A stretch of 64,000 nt of DNA from Nitrospirales bacterium (GCA_965223295.1 CBDCWC010000002.1:800001-864000); one strand, 5' to 3'; counted from the stretch's first letter, positions 19,512-30,186 are shown. Notes: generated by a model not told the origin, from the sequence alone. Made by a program: numbers and translations.

Positions 19512-22500
19512 CTATGAGTCAGGCGGCGGTTCAAAGTTGATTTTTCGTTTATTCATATCACTCTCGCGCGCTTTTCTTAAATTTTCGATCAAACCTTTAC
19601 ACCGTGCACTGTCATCGGCAGTCGCAAATTCTGGGAAAGGAAAGCTAGGGTCGACACTAAAGCTGGGATTCATAAACGTACCAGTCAGATGCAAAGGACC
19701 ACGTGAGCTTAAAAAAGTAAAATCCTTTGGATAAGGATTGACCGTGAGATCCAATTGCTCTTTGCGCAGATCGATTGTTCCATGGCCTTTGAATTTTGTG
19801 TCTTTGGTATCAAATATGAATGGTTTAATGGTGACAATACCACTGCGAGCTTGGAAATCTGTATAAGCACAATCAATCGGAATACCAGTATCCGTACCAA
19901 GGAATGCGGTTGCCGACTCAGCAAAATCCAATCCTGCCAACTCAACCAACAGTGAATCGACTTTTCCTCCGGTCATCGTTAAGTACAGACCACCATCTGC
20001 TGAGGCAAACCAATTCGCCAAGGATTCTCCTTTCATCCAGAGCGTGGCTCGCCCCCCAATGTTGCCAAATGAATCATCCGCCATTTCAAAAGAGGCAAGC
20101 AACTTACTCAAGTGTACTTGATCGAAGTCGGTTTTCAGCTTGGCTTGTATGGGTGACATACGCGCATTGACTTCCAGTTCCATCGCCACGGTTCCGTTGG
20201 CTACGCCAAAGTCTAAGCGGTTCATCCGCATGTATCCGTCTTGAAGTGCCATTTTGAGCAGAAAATCGTCGATCGGTAGATCGGGCGCTTGAACACGTTT
20301 TGCCCGATATTCCATATCCACATCCACATTTTGAAGTTTAGTAAAATCCATAGGCTTGTCAGGCAATAGCTTGTCTCGATCCTCAAATTTTTCAGCTTGT
20401 GCCTTTTGCTTTGCCGAAGCTGTCTCCTCTGGATCAGGGCGCGCGCCTGTTAAACCGGCAAGATCATCTAAATCTAGCTTGCGGGACTGCAACCGTGTGA
20501 ATACCATTGGCCGCTCTCCGCCAGTCGTCACGCGCACCGTACCAACTACGTCGCTGTCTCCTATCGTCCCCTCGAGATTTTCAAATATGGAAATTTGTTG
20601 ACCATCTTCTAGCTGCTTTTTTTGCCATTTAGCATGTAAATCGTAGGGAGGTAAGTGTGGCATGGGAATGTTAATCGACTCCCCAAAACGGAACAAATCT
20701 GGACCTGCCAATCGTAGGGAGGTCGTGAGACTCTCTAGCGGAAAGAGATCGCCTACGTTTCCATTGATATCTGCCGTGGTTTCTCGAATGTGCAGAGTAG
20801 CATCGACCGGTAACGCCTGATAATTCTCGATGGCCTGACGCAGAGAACCGGTAGAGAGTGAAACATCCACGGGTATCCCCTGATACTCCACTTGTCCTTC
20901 GACCCTCATTTCTGATTCGAAACTATCAGTCTTCAGGCGTAGATCAGTCTTAGCCTGTAAATCGGGATCATCATACTGCAAGCGAACTTTCTCTATAAGT
21001 AATCGGTCAAGTAGCGCGTCGACGTTTAAATTGCTTCTCATATTTTGAGTCTTGGCAGGAAGCTTCAGTGTAATACGACCGCCAACTGTACCAAGTGCAG
21101 AGGCGTCATAGGCAAAAGCGGTGAGAGCTTCGTCAAGACCAACACGCTGAATTTCAGTACGCAAATTGCCCGCCAGACCAGGGGCCTGAAGGTTCAGACT
21201 TACCCTTGTATTGATCGTTCCTCCTCCAAGAGCAATGGACAGAGGAGCAATGCGGAGCAGACCCTCGCCTACAGATGCTTTAAGGGAAACGTCTTCCAGG
21301 GTCGCTCCTGGCAATACCAGTTGGTCTACATCTACACTGACCTTTCCATTCAGATTGGTAAGCCACTGTGGACTGCTTGGTTTTATGGTTAGATTTTCAG
21401 AAAGACTCGAATCCGATTGCTGAGCATCAACTGGGGACGGCTGAAGTGAATCTTCATCTGACTCTTTGCTCGGCATTAATGCTGTCACATCTATATTTTT
21501 CGATTTCAGCACAGCCTGAAAGCGCAATTTGTCAGCAGTATCGATCATAGCAACCCCAGCCATATTGCTTTCACCAACCTGGCTTATAAACTTGGTCATT
21601 TTCCAAATATTATCTTGTTTAGAAAGTGATCCACTCAGGGCCAAATTTTCCAACGTTGGAGGTTCGACTCCAAATAGGGCAGCGATGGTTGCAGGCCTTT
21701 CGCTTTCCACAAGGAATCGGAGGTCTATTTTCGTTGGTGGCCAACTCGGCACGACCGACGCAGTAACCGAAGCGGTTGCCTCAGCCAGCTTGAGGTTAAA
21801 AGCCACGGGTTGGAAAGCTTCATCAGCGCTGGGGTTCATCAACGAATCAGGTGCAGGTATGGTTAACGACAACTCTATCGGTTCATCGTGAATCTCGCCG
21901 TCAGCTTCTATAACTATATCCCTATCTGACAGTTCTTCATTGAGACCCGCAACAATTTTCGTGTTCGAGGAAGGGTCGGTGTAGTTGACATGGAGATTCT
22001 GGATGGTGGCCGAGTTCAGCTCTAGGCGATTTGCAGGTTTTTCTCCATCAGCTGCGGCAAAGTTGTTAGCATTGATAGCTAAACGATTGGTCGTAACGTT
22101 CACGGCTAACTCAATTGTCAGGTTTCCTGGAAATCTTGGGAGCGCGGTCGTTTTTTGATCGCGTACCGTTTCTGTTCCCATCGCATTCTCAGGCGATTGA
22201 GCTGTCTCAACCCGGAACTGTATGCGACCTCCTGCCAAATCCTCATCAGCAGATATGTGTGACTCGACATTGACTTGGGTCCCGTCTATCGTCCCGAATA
22301 GAGGATCAAAGGATAAAACATTATTCTCGAACTTCATTGCGATCTCTACATCTTTAATAGGGGCTTCTTGGGTTTCAATCAGATCAGCTTCGTATTTGAT
22401 GTTGGTTTGAAACGAGGCAGTAGCAATAAAATTTAAAAGTTTGGAAATTGGAGTGGTCACTGGTTCTGAACCTTTCTGCTCAGGCATAAATCCTTGAAGC

Positions 22501-23540
22501 TGTGCTATATCCAGTCGATCGGAATGTAAGTTACCTTCAACCCGTAACGGGTCGGCGTCGGGCAGGACTCGCAAGGAACCTCTCACATCGCTATTTGTCA
22601 CAGTGGCTTTCACTTGATTAATCGACCACTTGTCATCCAAGAGCTTCACATGACCGACCAACTGGTACGAGGGCAGCTTCGGCAACGTCATCTCAAATGC
22701 TTCATTCCAACCAGAGAGATTTTGACCTTCCAAACTGATTTGCAGGTCTGCCGTCTCAGGCAAGATTGGAGCATCAACTTTCCCTTCAATAAGCAACATA
22801 GTCTCAGCAGAACTGAGACGTAATTTCAATGAGTAGCCATTCGTGTCGTTTGCTTCCAGCATTGGTGGTTGACCTGCTGACAGATTGATCTTTAGCGGTT
22901 GTCCAAAAAGTTGTCCACCACCACTGGCTACAATACGGCCTTGGGCTCTCGGTGATTGTTGATTGCTGGATTTAAATGAGAGCTCAAGCAATGTGTCATA
23001 GTTTGGGTCGACATAGGTTAGGAGTCCATCATCTACCGAGAGCGATTCAATACGAGGCAGATTAAGCGTATCACCGTCTTTACCCTGACTGACGGAAGCT
23101 TGGTCTTCAGTTGAAGAAGGGATACCACCCTTTATTTCCCAATTTGCAGTACCTTGTGCAGATCGTTCTAAGTGAACGACAGGCTCGGTTGCATTTACTT
23201 CGGTGAACACTAGATCACCACTAAACAGCTCGAACACATCAATACCAACCTCTAACACATCCACAGAAGCCAGAGAGGGTTCCGAAGCCCAAGGTGGATT
23301 AGCCACTGATGCATTCTCCGCTCGTAGGAAGATAACTGTGCCAAGATCGATATCTATCGAGTCGATTGTCACATCTTGGCCTAGCAACTCTGTAAGTTTG
23401 TCTTCGGCAATGTTAGCAACCCACGGAGGATCAAGCCTTGATATACTTATTGCTCCACCGATAATCGTCACAAGAAATAACACGACTATCGAAACGATAA
23501 TAATTCGCCTGAGAGGGCTTTTCGTTTCATGTTGATTCAT
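19512..23540 (-). CDS. Large AsmA-family protein (internally repeated, YhjG-like C-terminus)
   Basis: N-terminal TM anchor; P.VHLERSAQGTANW; repeated LPPY.L.G.L...G.SD..G....L.S..LD motifs; C-terminal DCAY.DFQ..SG.V......DT.DT...G.G.IDL..EQLDL...P.PKD. Confidence 0.85.
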   Translation of the reverse strand: MNQHETKSPLRRIIIVSIVVLFLVTIIGGAISISRLDPPWVANIAEDKLTELLGQDVTIDSIDIDLGTVIFLRAENASVANPPWASEPSLASVDVLEVGIDVFELFSGDLVFTEVNATEPVVHLERSAQGTANWEIKGGIPSSTEDQASVSQGKDGDTLNLPRIESLSVDDGLLTYVDPNYDTLLELSFKSSNQQSPRAQGRIVASGGGQLFGQPLKINLSAGQPPMLEANDTNGYSLKLRLSSAETMLLIEGKVDAPILPETADLQISLEGQNLSGWNEAFEMTLPKLPSYQLVGHVKLLDDKWSINQVKATVTNSDVRGSLRVLPDADPLRVEGNLHSDRLDIAQLQGFMPEQKGSEPVTTPISKLLNFIATASFQTNIKYEADLIETQEAPIKDVEIAMKFENNVLSFDPLFGTIDGTQVNVESHISADEDLAGGRIQFRVETAQSPENAMGTETVRDQKTTALPRFPGNLTIELAVNVTTNRLAINANNFAAADGEKPANRLELNSATIQNLHVNYTDPSSNTKIVAGLNEELSDRDIVIEADGEIHDEPIELSLTIPAPDSLMNPSADEAFQPVAFNLKLAEATASVTASVVPSWPPTKIDLRFLVESERPATIAALFGVEPPTLENLALSGSLSKQDNIWKMTKFISQVGESNMAGVAMIDTADKLRFQAVLKSKNIDVTALMPSKESDEDSLQPSPVDAQQSDSSLSENLTIKPSSPQWLTNLNGKVSVDVDQLVLPGATLEDVSLKASVGEGLLRIAPLSIALGGGTINTRVSLNLQAPGLAGNLRTEIQRVGLDEALTAFAYDASALGTVGGRITLKLPAKTQNMRSNLNVDALLDRLLIEKVRLQYDDPDLQAKTDLRLKTDSFESEMRVEGQVEYQGIPVDVSLSTGSLRQAIENYQALPVDATLHIRETTADINGNVGDLFPLESLTTSLRLAGPDLFRFGESINIPMPHLPPYDLHAKWQKKQLEDGQQISIFENLEGTIGDSDVVGTVRVTTGGERPMVFTRLQSRKLDLDDLAGLTGARPDPEETASAKQKAQAEKFEDRDKLLPDKPMDFTKLQNVDVDMEYRAKRVQAPDLPIDDFLLKMALQDGYMRMNRLDFGVANGTVAMELEVNARMSPIQAKLKTDFDQVHLSKLLASFEMADDSFGNIGGRATLWMKGESLANWFASADGGLYLTMTGGKVDSLLVELAGLDFAESATAFLGTDTGIPIDCAYTDFQARSGIVTIKPFIFDTKDTKFKGHGTIDLRKEQLDLTVNPYPKDFTFLSSRGPLHLTGTFMNPSFSVDPSFPFPEFATADDSARCKGLIENLRKARESDMNKRKINFEPPPDS

Positions 23541-23712
23541 GGCACCTCTTACTCAACTCCCAGAACACATCGTGAAGAAAACGTAGCGTTGGACCTTGCA
23601 CCAAGAATTTGTCAGGAAGCACAACCCAGACTACTGCCATAAGGTTAAAATGCTTCCTCTTTATCTCCACTACGCTTGAGTCGTCTATAATAGAAATATA
23701 TGAAGTATTCAG

Positions 23713-24135
23713 GTGGAACCTGCATCACAAAGTCTCTTCTTGATTCATTTTCATCATGTCAAATATATGGACAGACATACCACAATTCGTTTGATTTACC
23801 CTTGTAGGAGTGGAAATGTCTCCTACCTACTATTGGGTCATGCATGTTCATGCGTTCTGATTCTGCTATTTACACTTGCAGAATTTGGATGTGGGAATTT
23901 TCTAGGTCAAGACGCTGAGGTTATCGATGGAAATGAGCGGTTGGCTGCCCAAGTGAAAGTCGCTCTCGCCCAAGATTCCCTACTCAATGCCGCTCCTATA
24001 GACGTCAAGGCCAATAACGGAGTCGTGACCTTAGGAGGTTTCGTCGAAGATGAGTCACAACGGGAGCAAGCCAGGAAAGCCGCTCGAAGTGTGGCAGGAG
24101 TACAATCCGTTGTTAATAAGATTACAATCAAATGA
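23713..24135 (+). CDS. BON-domain lipoprotein (OsmY-like); true start probably downstream of 23713
   Basis: VKVALAQD......IDVKANNGVVTLGGFVEDE.Q...A...ARSVAGVQSVVNKI. Confidence 0.82.
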   Translation: MEPASQSLFLIHFHHVKYMDRHTTIRLIYPCRSGNVSYLLLGHACSCVLILLFTLAEFGCGNFLGQDAEVIDGNERLAAQVKVALAQDSLLNAAPIDVKANNGVVTLGGFVEDESQREQARKAARSVAGVQSVVNKITIK

Positions 24136-24218
24136 CAGCCCTTGATTCAGCTATAGAAAATGAGAAATTATTCAGCATCAGAGCTATAGCAATTGATCTT
24201 CGGTGTCATACCGACAAG

Positions 24219-25187
24219 TTATGGGATTTTTCCTACCGTATCGGCTGCATAGGCTTCTCGTTCTCCGAGCGGTTCTCGTGTTCCTACCGTTGTATCTTTT
24301 TTTGTTTGTCGTTCCATTTCTGCATTTACTTCTGCTCCCAGCAGTACGATGTAGGCCGTGACAAAAAACCACATAAATAGGATGACGGCTGATCCGAGCG
24401 AGCCGTATGTTTTATTGTAATTGCCAAAATTTTCGACATAGAGTGAGAAAAGAATCGACCCAGTGATCCACAAGAATGTCGCAAGCCCTGCTCCTAAGGA
24501 GACCCATTGCCATTGAGGTTTATCACGACAGGGCGCATATCGATAGAGCACAGCTAACCCTGCCACCACGACCATAGCTAGCAGCGGCCAACGCAGAAGG
24601 GAGAGCAGAGTTTGCCCCAATTGGCCAAGACCGAAACTCTCGAGCATTGATGGAAGAAACGTGATAAAGGTAAGTGCGACGACGATAAAAATAATAGCAC
24701 CGATTGTTAACAGGAGTGCGATTCCTGTGAGTTTGAGAAATCCACGTGCTTCCTCTTCATCATAGGCAATATTCAGCGATGTAACGAGAGCTTTCATTCC
24801 TTTGGAAGCACTCCACAGCGCAAGCAAGACACCACCAATAGCACCAAGGCTCAAAGCCGACCCGGTATTCTTCGTTACCGATTTGAGCTGTCCATCGATG
24901 ATAGAATGTGCTTCTTGAGGCAGCAGGGAACTTGCCGACGTCAAATGTCGTTCAATGTCGTGAGGATCCATGATAATTCCATACAGTGAAACAAGAGCCG
25001 CCAATGCAGGAAATAACGCCAGGACGCCATAAAACGCGACTCCTGCTGCCACAATTGAAGCATTGTCCTTACTTAGTTGATCTTTGACTCTGAGTGCAAT
25101 ATCTCGCCAACCTGAGGAAGGAATCTCACTAGGACTAGTTGCGGTTCGACCTCGATTCCCCTTTTTTTCTGACGCTAAATTAGCCAT
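24219..25187 (-). CDS. YihY/virulence factor BrkB family membrane protein
   Basis: AAGVAFYGVLALFPAL, LWSASKG, LYRYAP, NFGNYNKTYGSLG, LLGAEVNAE. Confidence 0.92.
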   Translation of the reverse strand: MANLASEKKGNRGRTATSPSEIPSSGWRDIALRVKDQLSKDNASIVAAGVAFYGVLALFPALAALVSLYGIIMDPHDIERHLTSASSLLPQEAHSIIDGQLKSVTKNTGSALSLGAIGGVLLALWSASKGMKALVTSLNIAYDEEEARGFLKLTGIALLLTIGAIIFIVVALTFITFLPSMLESFGLGQLGQTLLSLLRWPLLAMVVVAGLAVLYRYAPCRDKPQWQWVSLGAGLATFLWITGSILFSLYVENFGNYNKTYGSLGSAVILFMWFFVTAYIVLLGAEVNAEMERQTKKDTTVGTREPLGEREAYAADTVGKIP

Positions 25188-25372
25188 GACTTAAATCTAA
25201 TCGTTTTTACAACGGAATAGTCTGATGATCATCTTTTACCCATTTCCACAAACTTATAGAAGCGTAACCTGATCACGGTCAGTTCCTTAGCTTAAAAAGG
25301 GTTAATTTTGAGATATAGAGCAAGCCGTTTATGTGTTGCTCGATTTTCTCCCACCTTTTTTTCGACTACCTC

Positions 25373-25561
25373 TTAATAAATTTTCTTACTTCTTCCAGAA
25401 CCTCCTGGCTTTTTACCACCCCCACTCATTTTATTGACCGTTGCCCAGGCGCGTTCTTTTGCTTGATCTTCTGGCAAGCCACGTTCCTGATAACCGTCTT
25501 TAATATGATTCGCTTGGCGCTTCTGCTTCTCTGTGTATTTTGATTTATCTCCCCTCGGCAT
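25373..25561 (-). CDS. Small conserved basic protein (MPRGDKSKYTxKQKRQA family)
   Basis: MPRGDKSKYTEKQKRQANHI..GY..RG....A.ERAWATVNK..GGGKK.GGSGR; a family I recall from stress gene clusters. Confidence 0.8.
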   Translation of the reverse strand: MPRGDKSKYTEKQKRQANHIKDGYQERGLPEDQAKERAWATVNKMSGGGKKPGGSGRSKKIY

Positions 25562-25582
25562 CGTTCTTTTCCGTAAACTTCT

Positions 25583-25918
25583 TTATTGCTTGGAAACTGG
25601 CTCGTGTTCTTCTGGAACATCCACATCAATGTCCGGTACAGGAACCTCTACCGTATCTGTGCTCACATCTACATCTGGCGTTCGCACATCAACATCAGGA
25701 AGTTTGCCGCTTGTCGCATCCACGTCAACATCTGGCATCTGAGCTTCCTGAGTCTGCTTAAACTCAGGCAGCTGCCCTCCCGTTGCGTCCACATCGACAT
25801 CTGGTAGCTTGCCCTCCTTCTCGACATCCACGTCACACGCTACTAGGGCAAACATTAAACCCGCTGCACAAGCTACTATGAACCATTTGCTTAACATATG
25901 ACTTCTCCTTGTCTCCAA
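25583..25918 (-). CDS. Acidic lipoprotein with PDVDV repeats
   Basis: Lipobox LVAC; repeats LPDVDVDATGGQLP / MPDVDVDATSGKLPDVDV. Confidence 0.75.
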   Translation of the reverse strand: METRRSHMLSKWFIVACAAGLMFALVACDVDVEKEGKLPDVDVDATGGQLPEFKQTQEAQMPDVDVDATSGKLPDVDVRTPDVDVSTDTVEVPVPDIDVDVPEEHEPVSKQ

Positions 25919-26071
25919 TTAATCGAGACACATAATCGTTGATGACTCGAATTGATATCATGTATTTCCACTATGGCCCTTATAGACAAAACAATATCGT
26001 ATCTACTAGACGAATGAGAGCTCAGTTACGCCGTTTCATAAAACCACATTAGAGCGCAAGTGTTTGTATTA

Positions 26072-27016
26072 TTAGGCTTTACTCCCATGGGCAGAAAATT
26101 CTGAAGTTAGCCCCTGTTTTTGGAGTTCTTCCTTAGCCTTTTCCGTTGCAGTTTCTTGAACCTTTTCAGTCGCCTGTACGACTTTGTCGCCTATTTCTTG
26201 TGCTTTGTTCCGTGCTTGATCCACCAGAGTATCACGGGCCTCTCCCATCCATTCGTCTTCCTGGCGGGTCCCAGGTGCGGAAAGTCCAACCGCTGCACCA
26301 ACGGCAAATGCCATCGCACCCACACCCCAAGGACTTTCCTGGAATGTTTCATCAAACCCGCGTTTGGCACGACGGGTTCGCTCTTGTACTTGATCTTTTA
26401 ATTCCCCTGCTCGATGTTGAACCTGAGTAGAGAATCCTTCAACTTGGCCCTTGACCCGTCCACTCAATTCGCTCGCACTTTGCTGGATTGTCTGAGCCGT
26501 TTCACCAACTTTGCCTTGAACTGTTTCGGCAGCGCCCTCGACCCTGGCCTTAAGGGCTTGAGCCGTTTCACCAGCTTTAATTTGTAACTCTTCTAACCTA
26601 CTTGATTCACGATCAACATAGGGATCATAGGGATTACGATAGGCAGTTGATCTACTGTATTCAGGCAAATATGCCTCATGAGATTCATCCGATTTCGCTT
26701 TCAAAAGCCATGCCAATCCCAATCCGATCAGTGCCACTGGTACTGGGTTCTGCGTAATGATATCTGTGACATTCCCGCCCCATCTCCTTGCCGTATAACG
26801 CGCTGATTGAGCCATATCTTCTACCTTTCCGACAGTCGCGTCTCGCACTTCCTGTTTGAGCCGATCGGGCGACAGCCTAGCTTGAATGTTGGTAATCGTT
26901 TCTTTGACTTCTGCTCTGGTTCGTTCCACGCGCGCGCGAAGCACATCTGTCTTTTCTGAGGGATTTTCTTCACCATCCTCAACGCGAACGTTTATCTCAT
27001 TTGTTGGGCGACCCAT
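26072..27016 (-). CDS. DUF3618 domain protein (LEA-like amphipathic helices)
   Basis: LRARVERTRAEVKETI..IQARLSP; NPVPVALIGLGLAWL; P.T..EDEWMGEARD. Confidence 0.8.
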   Translation of the reverse strand: MGRPTNEINVRVEDGEENPSEKTDVLRARVERTRAEVKETITNIQARLSPDRLKQEVRDATVGKVEDMAQSARYTARRWGGNVTDIITQNPVPVALIGLGLAWLLKAKSDESHEAYLPEYSRSTAYRNPYDPYVDRESSRLEELQIKAGETAQALKARVEGAAETVQGKVGETAQTIQQSASELSGRVKGQVEGFSTQVQHRAGELKDQVQERTRRAKRGFDETFQESPWGVGAMAFAVGAAVGLSAPGTRQEDEWMGEARDTLVDQARNKAQEIGDKVVQATEKVQETATEKAKEELQKQGLTSEFSAHGSKA

Positions 27017-27384
27017 TGTGTATCCTCCTTAAGAGCATTAATGGCTTGTTCAGGAACCGGGCTCACGTGTTTAAGATCATTTAATCCTTTCTGAATCAAT
27101 CCGTAACCTATAGCCACGACCATAATGCCAACCATGAGTGCTGCTACCCAACCAGGAAAAAATTGGGCAACTAATAATACAGCCGCAGCTAATAAGACCA
27201 AGAGTCCTCCATAGGCCAACGCAGCCCCAATTCCTACAAAAAGGAGATCTTCCCCTGCACGTGAAACTTTTTGGGACATCTCGACCTTGACCAATTCTAC
27301 TTCCTGCTTGACTAAGGCCTTAGCTTCATAAACCAGTTCTCTTAGCAACTCGCTCAATGATTGTTCCTGCTCCATTCGTATCAT
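26992..27384 (-). CDS. Holin-like (Phage_holin_3_6-type) membrane protein
   Basis: SLSELLRELV.E...LVKQEVELVKVEM..K, two TMs, VPEQ.I..LKED..W. Confidence 0.8.
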   Translation of the reverse strand: MIRMEQEQSLSELLRELVYEAKALVKQEVELVKVEMSQKVSRAGEDLLFVGIGAALAYGGLLVLLAAAVLLVAQFFPGWVAALMVGIMVVAIGYGLIQKGLNDLKHVSPVPEQAINALKEDTQWVAQQMR

Positions 27385-27465
27385 GGTTTCCCCTTTTTTG
27401 ATGTTATTACCGTCTATGCTAAAGACAGACGTTAGGCTACGTCCGCGATCCCTGCCAAGATATCC

Positions 27466-28005
27466 TTACACTCTCATTGGTTGAGACATTGCATCTCTTT
27501 CTTTCAGCTGTCGACGGCTATTCTCGGCACTTCTCCGTTGTCGGGAGCTCTTAATAAAACGAGCCGCTATCAGGCCTAACCCGAATGTCACTCCAATGAA
27601 TAACTCCGGATTTCTCCGAGCCAATCCTTCGCCTTCCTCAATAAGTTGATCCACGTCTCGATTAGAAAGGTATCCTGATACTCTCTCTAGTTGCTGAGCA
27701 GCTTTTTCGGTGTATTGAGCAACAACATTCTGATCTCGCTGCCGGAGCTGGGCTCCAGTTTGCCGAAACGCTTGTGCAAGATTTCCTAATTCTCCAACAG
27801 CTTTTTCCTTTCCATCCCCTAGAGCTGACTTTGTCTTACGTTGGGCCTCATCAGCATAGGCTTTTACCTCGGCTTGTCCTTGTTTCACCATGGAGCCTGC
27901 CTTCTCTTGAATCGTTTCTTTTATACCCTCAGACCTTACATCCTGACCTTTGCCTTGGATTGTAGATTCTGCTTTACGTTTGGCTAACTCTTCCATAATC
28001 ATCAA
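27466..28005 (-). CDS. ElaB/YqjD-like tail-anchored stress protein
   Basis: Amphipathic helices, then LARRNPELFIG..FGLG...ARFIKSS; typical first gene of the DUF3618/holin triplet. Confidence 0.65.
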   Translation of the reverse strand: MMIMEELAKRKAESTIQGKGQDVRSEGIKETIQEKAGSMVKQGQAEVKAYADEAQRKTKSALGDGKEKAVGELGNLAQAFRQTGAQLRQRDQNVVAQYTEKAAQQLERVSGYLSNRDVDQLIEEGEGLARRNPELFIGVTFGLGLIAARFIKSSRQRRSAENSRRQLKERDAMSQPMRV

Positions 28006-28170
28006 CCTCCTTATATATAGATGTAAAAAATAATGAGATCTTCCTCAATCCCCAATTGTGAACTGTACCTAAGCCTGTCAGTCGCAAGGCACAAAGGCTT
28101 GCTGGGCTATATGGCTAGTGCGGAAATTTAATAAATAGGTAGTGTAGAGCTTAGGAAAGATTAAGAATAC

Positions 28171-28205
28171 TGGATAAATTCCAGTTTCATTCGAAAAAAT
28201 GTCCG
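28171..28205 (-). promoter_or_regulatory. Degenerate island operator (GATA-N23-TGTC) upstream of the 28005 operon
   Basis: TGGATAAATT...AAAATGTCCG; TACACT on minus strand at 28141-28146, 26 bp away. Confidence 0.5.
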
Positions 28206-28408
28206 TAGCTTACAAGATGGATGTTTGATATTTTCCCCAAAAAATAGGGAATCTTTCACAGATTCAAGGTTCAAGGCGAAATGATGCATCAAAATTTACG
28301 AAATCAACTGACTAAGCTTACAGGAAAATTCTCTGATCGATACTTCGATTGGAGAACAGAATAAAGTTAACGATGCCGTCGTGATTTCCACAGTCAAGGA
28401 GGGACTTT

Positions 28409-28876
28409 ATGAGTAAAAAAATGGCTTATCTCAGCACACATTTCATGATTTTCGTAATTTTCAGTTGTGCGGCTATCACTGTTGCCTATGCACAGCAAAG
28501 GGATTCATCAGAGGAATTGCCAGCATTTTCAGAAGTCGGCCCTTCGTTGCAAGAGTTGGGGGAAGCCCAGAGAGGTATTGATCGGTACGAGGAAGCTCAG
28601 GACGCGTTTAACGAAGGCGTTGAGGAGTTTACGGAAGATAGACTCTTTTATAAAGAGGCACAAGCCAAATTTAATCAAGCAAGAGCAACATATGCACAGG
28701 AGCGGCATAAATACAATAAAACTTTACAACAATTTGAGAAAGAGCGTGATCAATATTTAGAGGCTAAAGATAAATTTGTTGGAGCACGAAAAAGATTTCA
28801 AGAGGCAAGAAAAAACTTCTTTGGCAGTTCTATTAATAGCAACAGCTCCTCAAATTCTAGAAAAATGCGAAATTGA
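28409..28876 (+). CDS. Exported coiled-coil protein with aromatic heptad repeat
   Basis: AAGGAGG RBS, signal peptide (AYA), F/Y at every 7th residue over 12 positions. Confidence 0.75.
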   Translation: MSKKMAYLSTHFMIFVIFSCAAITVAYAQQRDSSEELPAFSEVGPSLQELGEAQRGIDRYEEAQDAFNEGVEEFTEDRLFYKEAQAKFNQARATYAQERHKYNKTLQQFEKERDQYLEAKDKFVGARKRFQEARKNFFGSSINSNSSSNSRKMRN

Positions 28877-29071
28877 CGTGAGCAATCGCCTTTTTGAGAT
28901 AACAATATTAAATCTAAAGTTAGAGATTCAAATTCACAAAAATAACTAAAACATTCAAAGTAGGAGGAAGCATAATGAAATCTCTTTGCCGAATGATAAT
29001 ACTTAGTGGAAGCTTGTTGGCTACGAACGCTTTATTAGGATGTGCTGGGGGCCCGCATGTAAGCTTCCCCG

Positions 29072-29848
29072 TCAAGCGGACAGGTCATAACTAGAGTGTT
29101 CTGGTGTTGGTTGATAATAGGCACAGGGCGGTGTTCCCCGTAGCGCGTCATGTGGGCGGTGTTCATTGTAGATGGTCATCCACTCGGACGTGAGTTCCCG
29201 CACTTCCTCTAAACTCCGAAACAGATAGAGATTCAGCACTTCATTCCGATAGGTGCGATTGAATCGTTCAATAAATGCATTCTGTGTGGGACAACCGGGT
29301 TGAATGTGATAGATCAACACGCGATTGGCTTTTCCCCAATCTTTTAGTGCCTGTGAGAGAAATTCTGGTCCGTTATCAACCCGAATCATGTGAGGTAACT
29401 CCCGCTCAGTCTTCAAGCGGTCCAACACGCGGATAATCCGTTCAGCTCTTAGAGAGGTATCAATCTCAATCGCCAAGACCTCCCGATTGAAGTCATCGAG
29501 GATATTGAAGGTGCGAAACCGCGTGCCGTGATACAAGGTATCGCTCATGAAGTCGGCTGACCACACCTCATTGGGACCTTCTGGCACAAACACCGGCCAG
29601 GAAGGACACTTGGGCAGCTGGCGTCTGGTGCGACGAGGCTGATTGTGTCCTAACTGCCGATAGACGCGGTACACCCGTTTGTGATTCCAGACATGTCCGA
29701 GGACTCGCAATCGCCGGATATATTTCCAGATGCCCCAGCGCGGGTACTGCTCCACTAACTGATTCAGGGCCTCAATAATTTCCTGATCACGGATCTGCCA
29801 ATCAACGGGCGCTTGGTAATACGCCGACCGAGAAAATTTGAGAGCCAC
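29072..29848 (-). CDS. IS3 transposase OrfB (DDE catalytic domain)
   Basis: WSADFMSD, DNGPEF, PTQNAFIERFN.TYR.E.L. Confidence 0.93.
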   Translation of the reverse strand: MALKFSRSAYYQAPVDWQIRDQEIIEALNQLVEQYPRWGIWKYIRRLRVLGHVWNHKRVYRVYRQLGHNQPRRTRRQLPKCPSWPVFVPEGPNEVWSADFMSDTLYHGTRFRTFNILDDFNREVLAIEIDTSLRAERIIRVLDRLKTERELPHMIRVDNGPEFLSQALKDWGKANRVLIYHIQPGCPTQNAFIERFNRTYRNEVLNLYLFRSLEEVRELTSEWMTIYNEHRPHDALRGTPPCAYYQPTPEHSSYDLSA

Positions 29849-29919
29849 ACACCCTCGTGTGATCGAGACGCCATGTGTCTCTTGTAGGGACTGAATGGCC
29901 TCCCGTTTCTCCGCCGGCG

Positions 29920-30186
29920 TTAGAGCTTTTTTTCGATCAAATCCTTCAGCGCCCGATTCTCTAAGGCCAGATCCGCATACATCCGTTTAAGCTTCGAGAG
30001 TTCGCCTTCTGTTTCTTTGAGGCGTTTCAGATCCGAGGCTTCTAAGCCCCCGTACTTCGCTTTCCAATTGTAATAGGTCGCATCACTGATGCCATGCTCC
30101 CGGCACAAGTCTTTGATCTTGATGCCGGCGTCACCTTGTTTCAAGATGGCGACGATTTGGGTTTCGCTGAATCGACTCGTTTTCAT
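29920..30186 (-). CDS. IS3 transposase OrfA (HTH) ending in A7G slippery site
   Basis: MKTSRFSETQIVAILK...CREHGIS.ATYYNWKAKYGG; GAAAAAAAG before the stop is consistent with -1 frameshifting. Confidence 0.93.
   Translation of the reverse strand: MKTSRFSETQIVAILKQGDAGIKIKDLCREHGISDATYYNWKAKYGGLEASDLKRLKETEGELSKLKRMYADLALENRALKDLIEKKL

Noticed and set aside
25620-25835. Repeated CACATC(A/G)ACATCTGG units
   Set aside because: Explained by PDVDV peptide repeats in the lipoprotein
25983-25992. Operator half-sites (TAGACAAA at 25983 and 45280; short-spaced GACA-N13-TGTC near 37757)
   Set aside because: No partner arm at the 24-bp spacing; not counted as operators, although 45280 has TACATT 25 bp away
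28086-28103. Sigma-54-like AGGCAC...TTGCT
   Set aside because: GG-to-GC spacing is 11 rather than the required 10 bp
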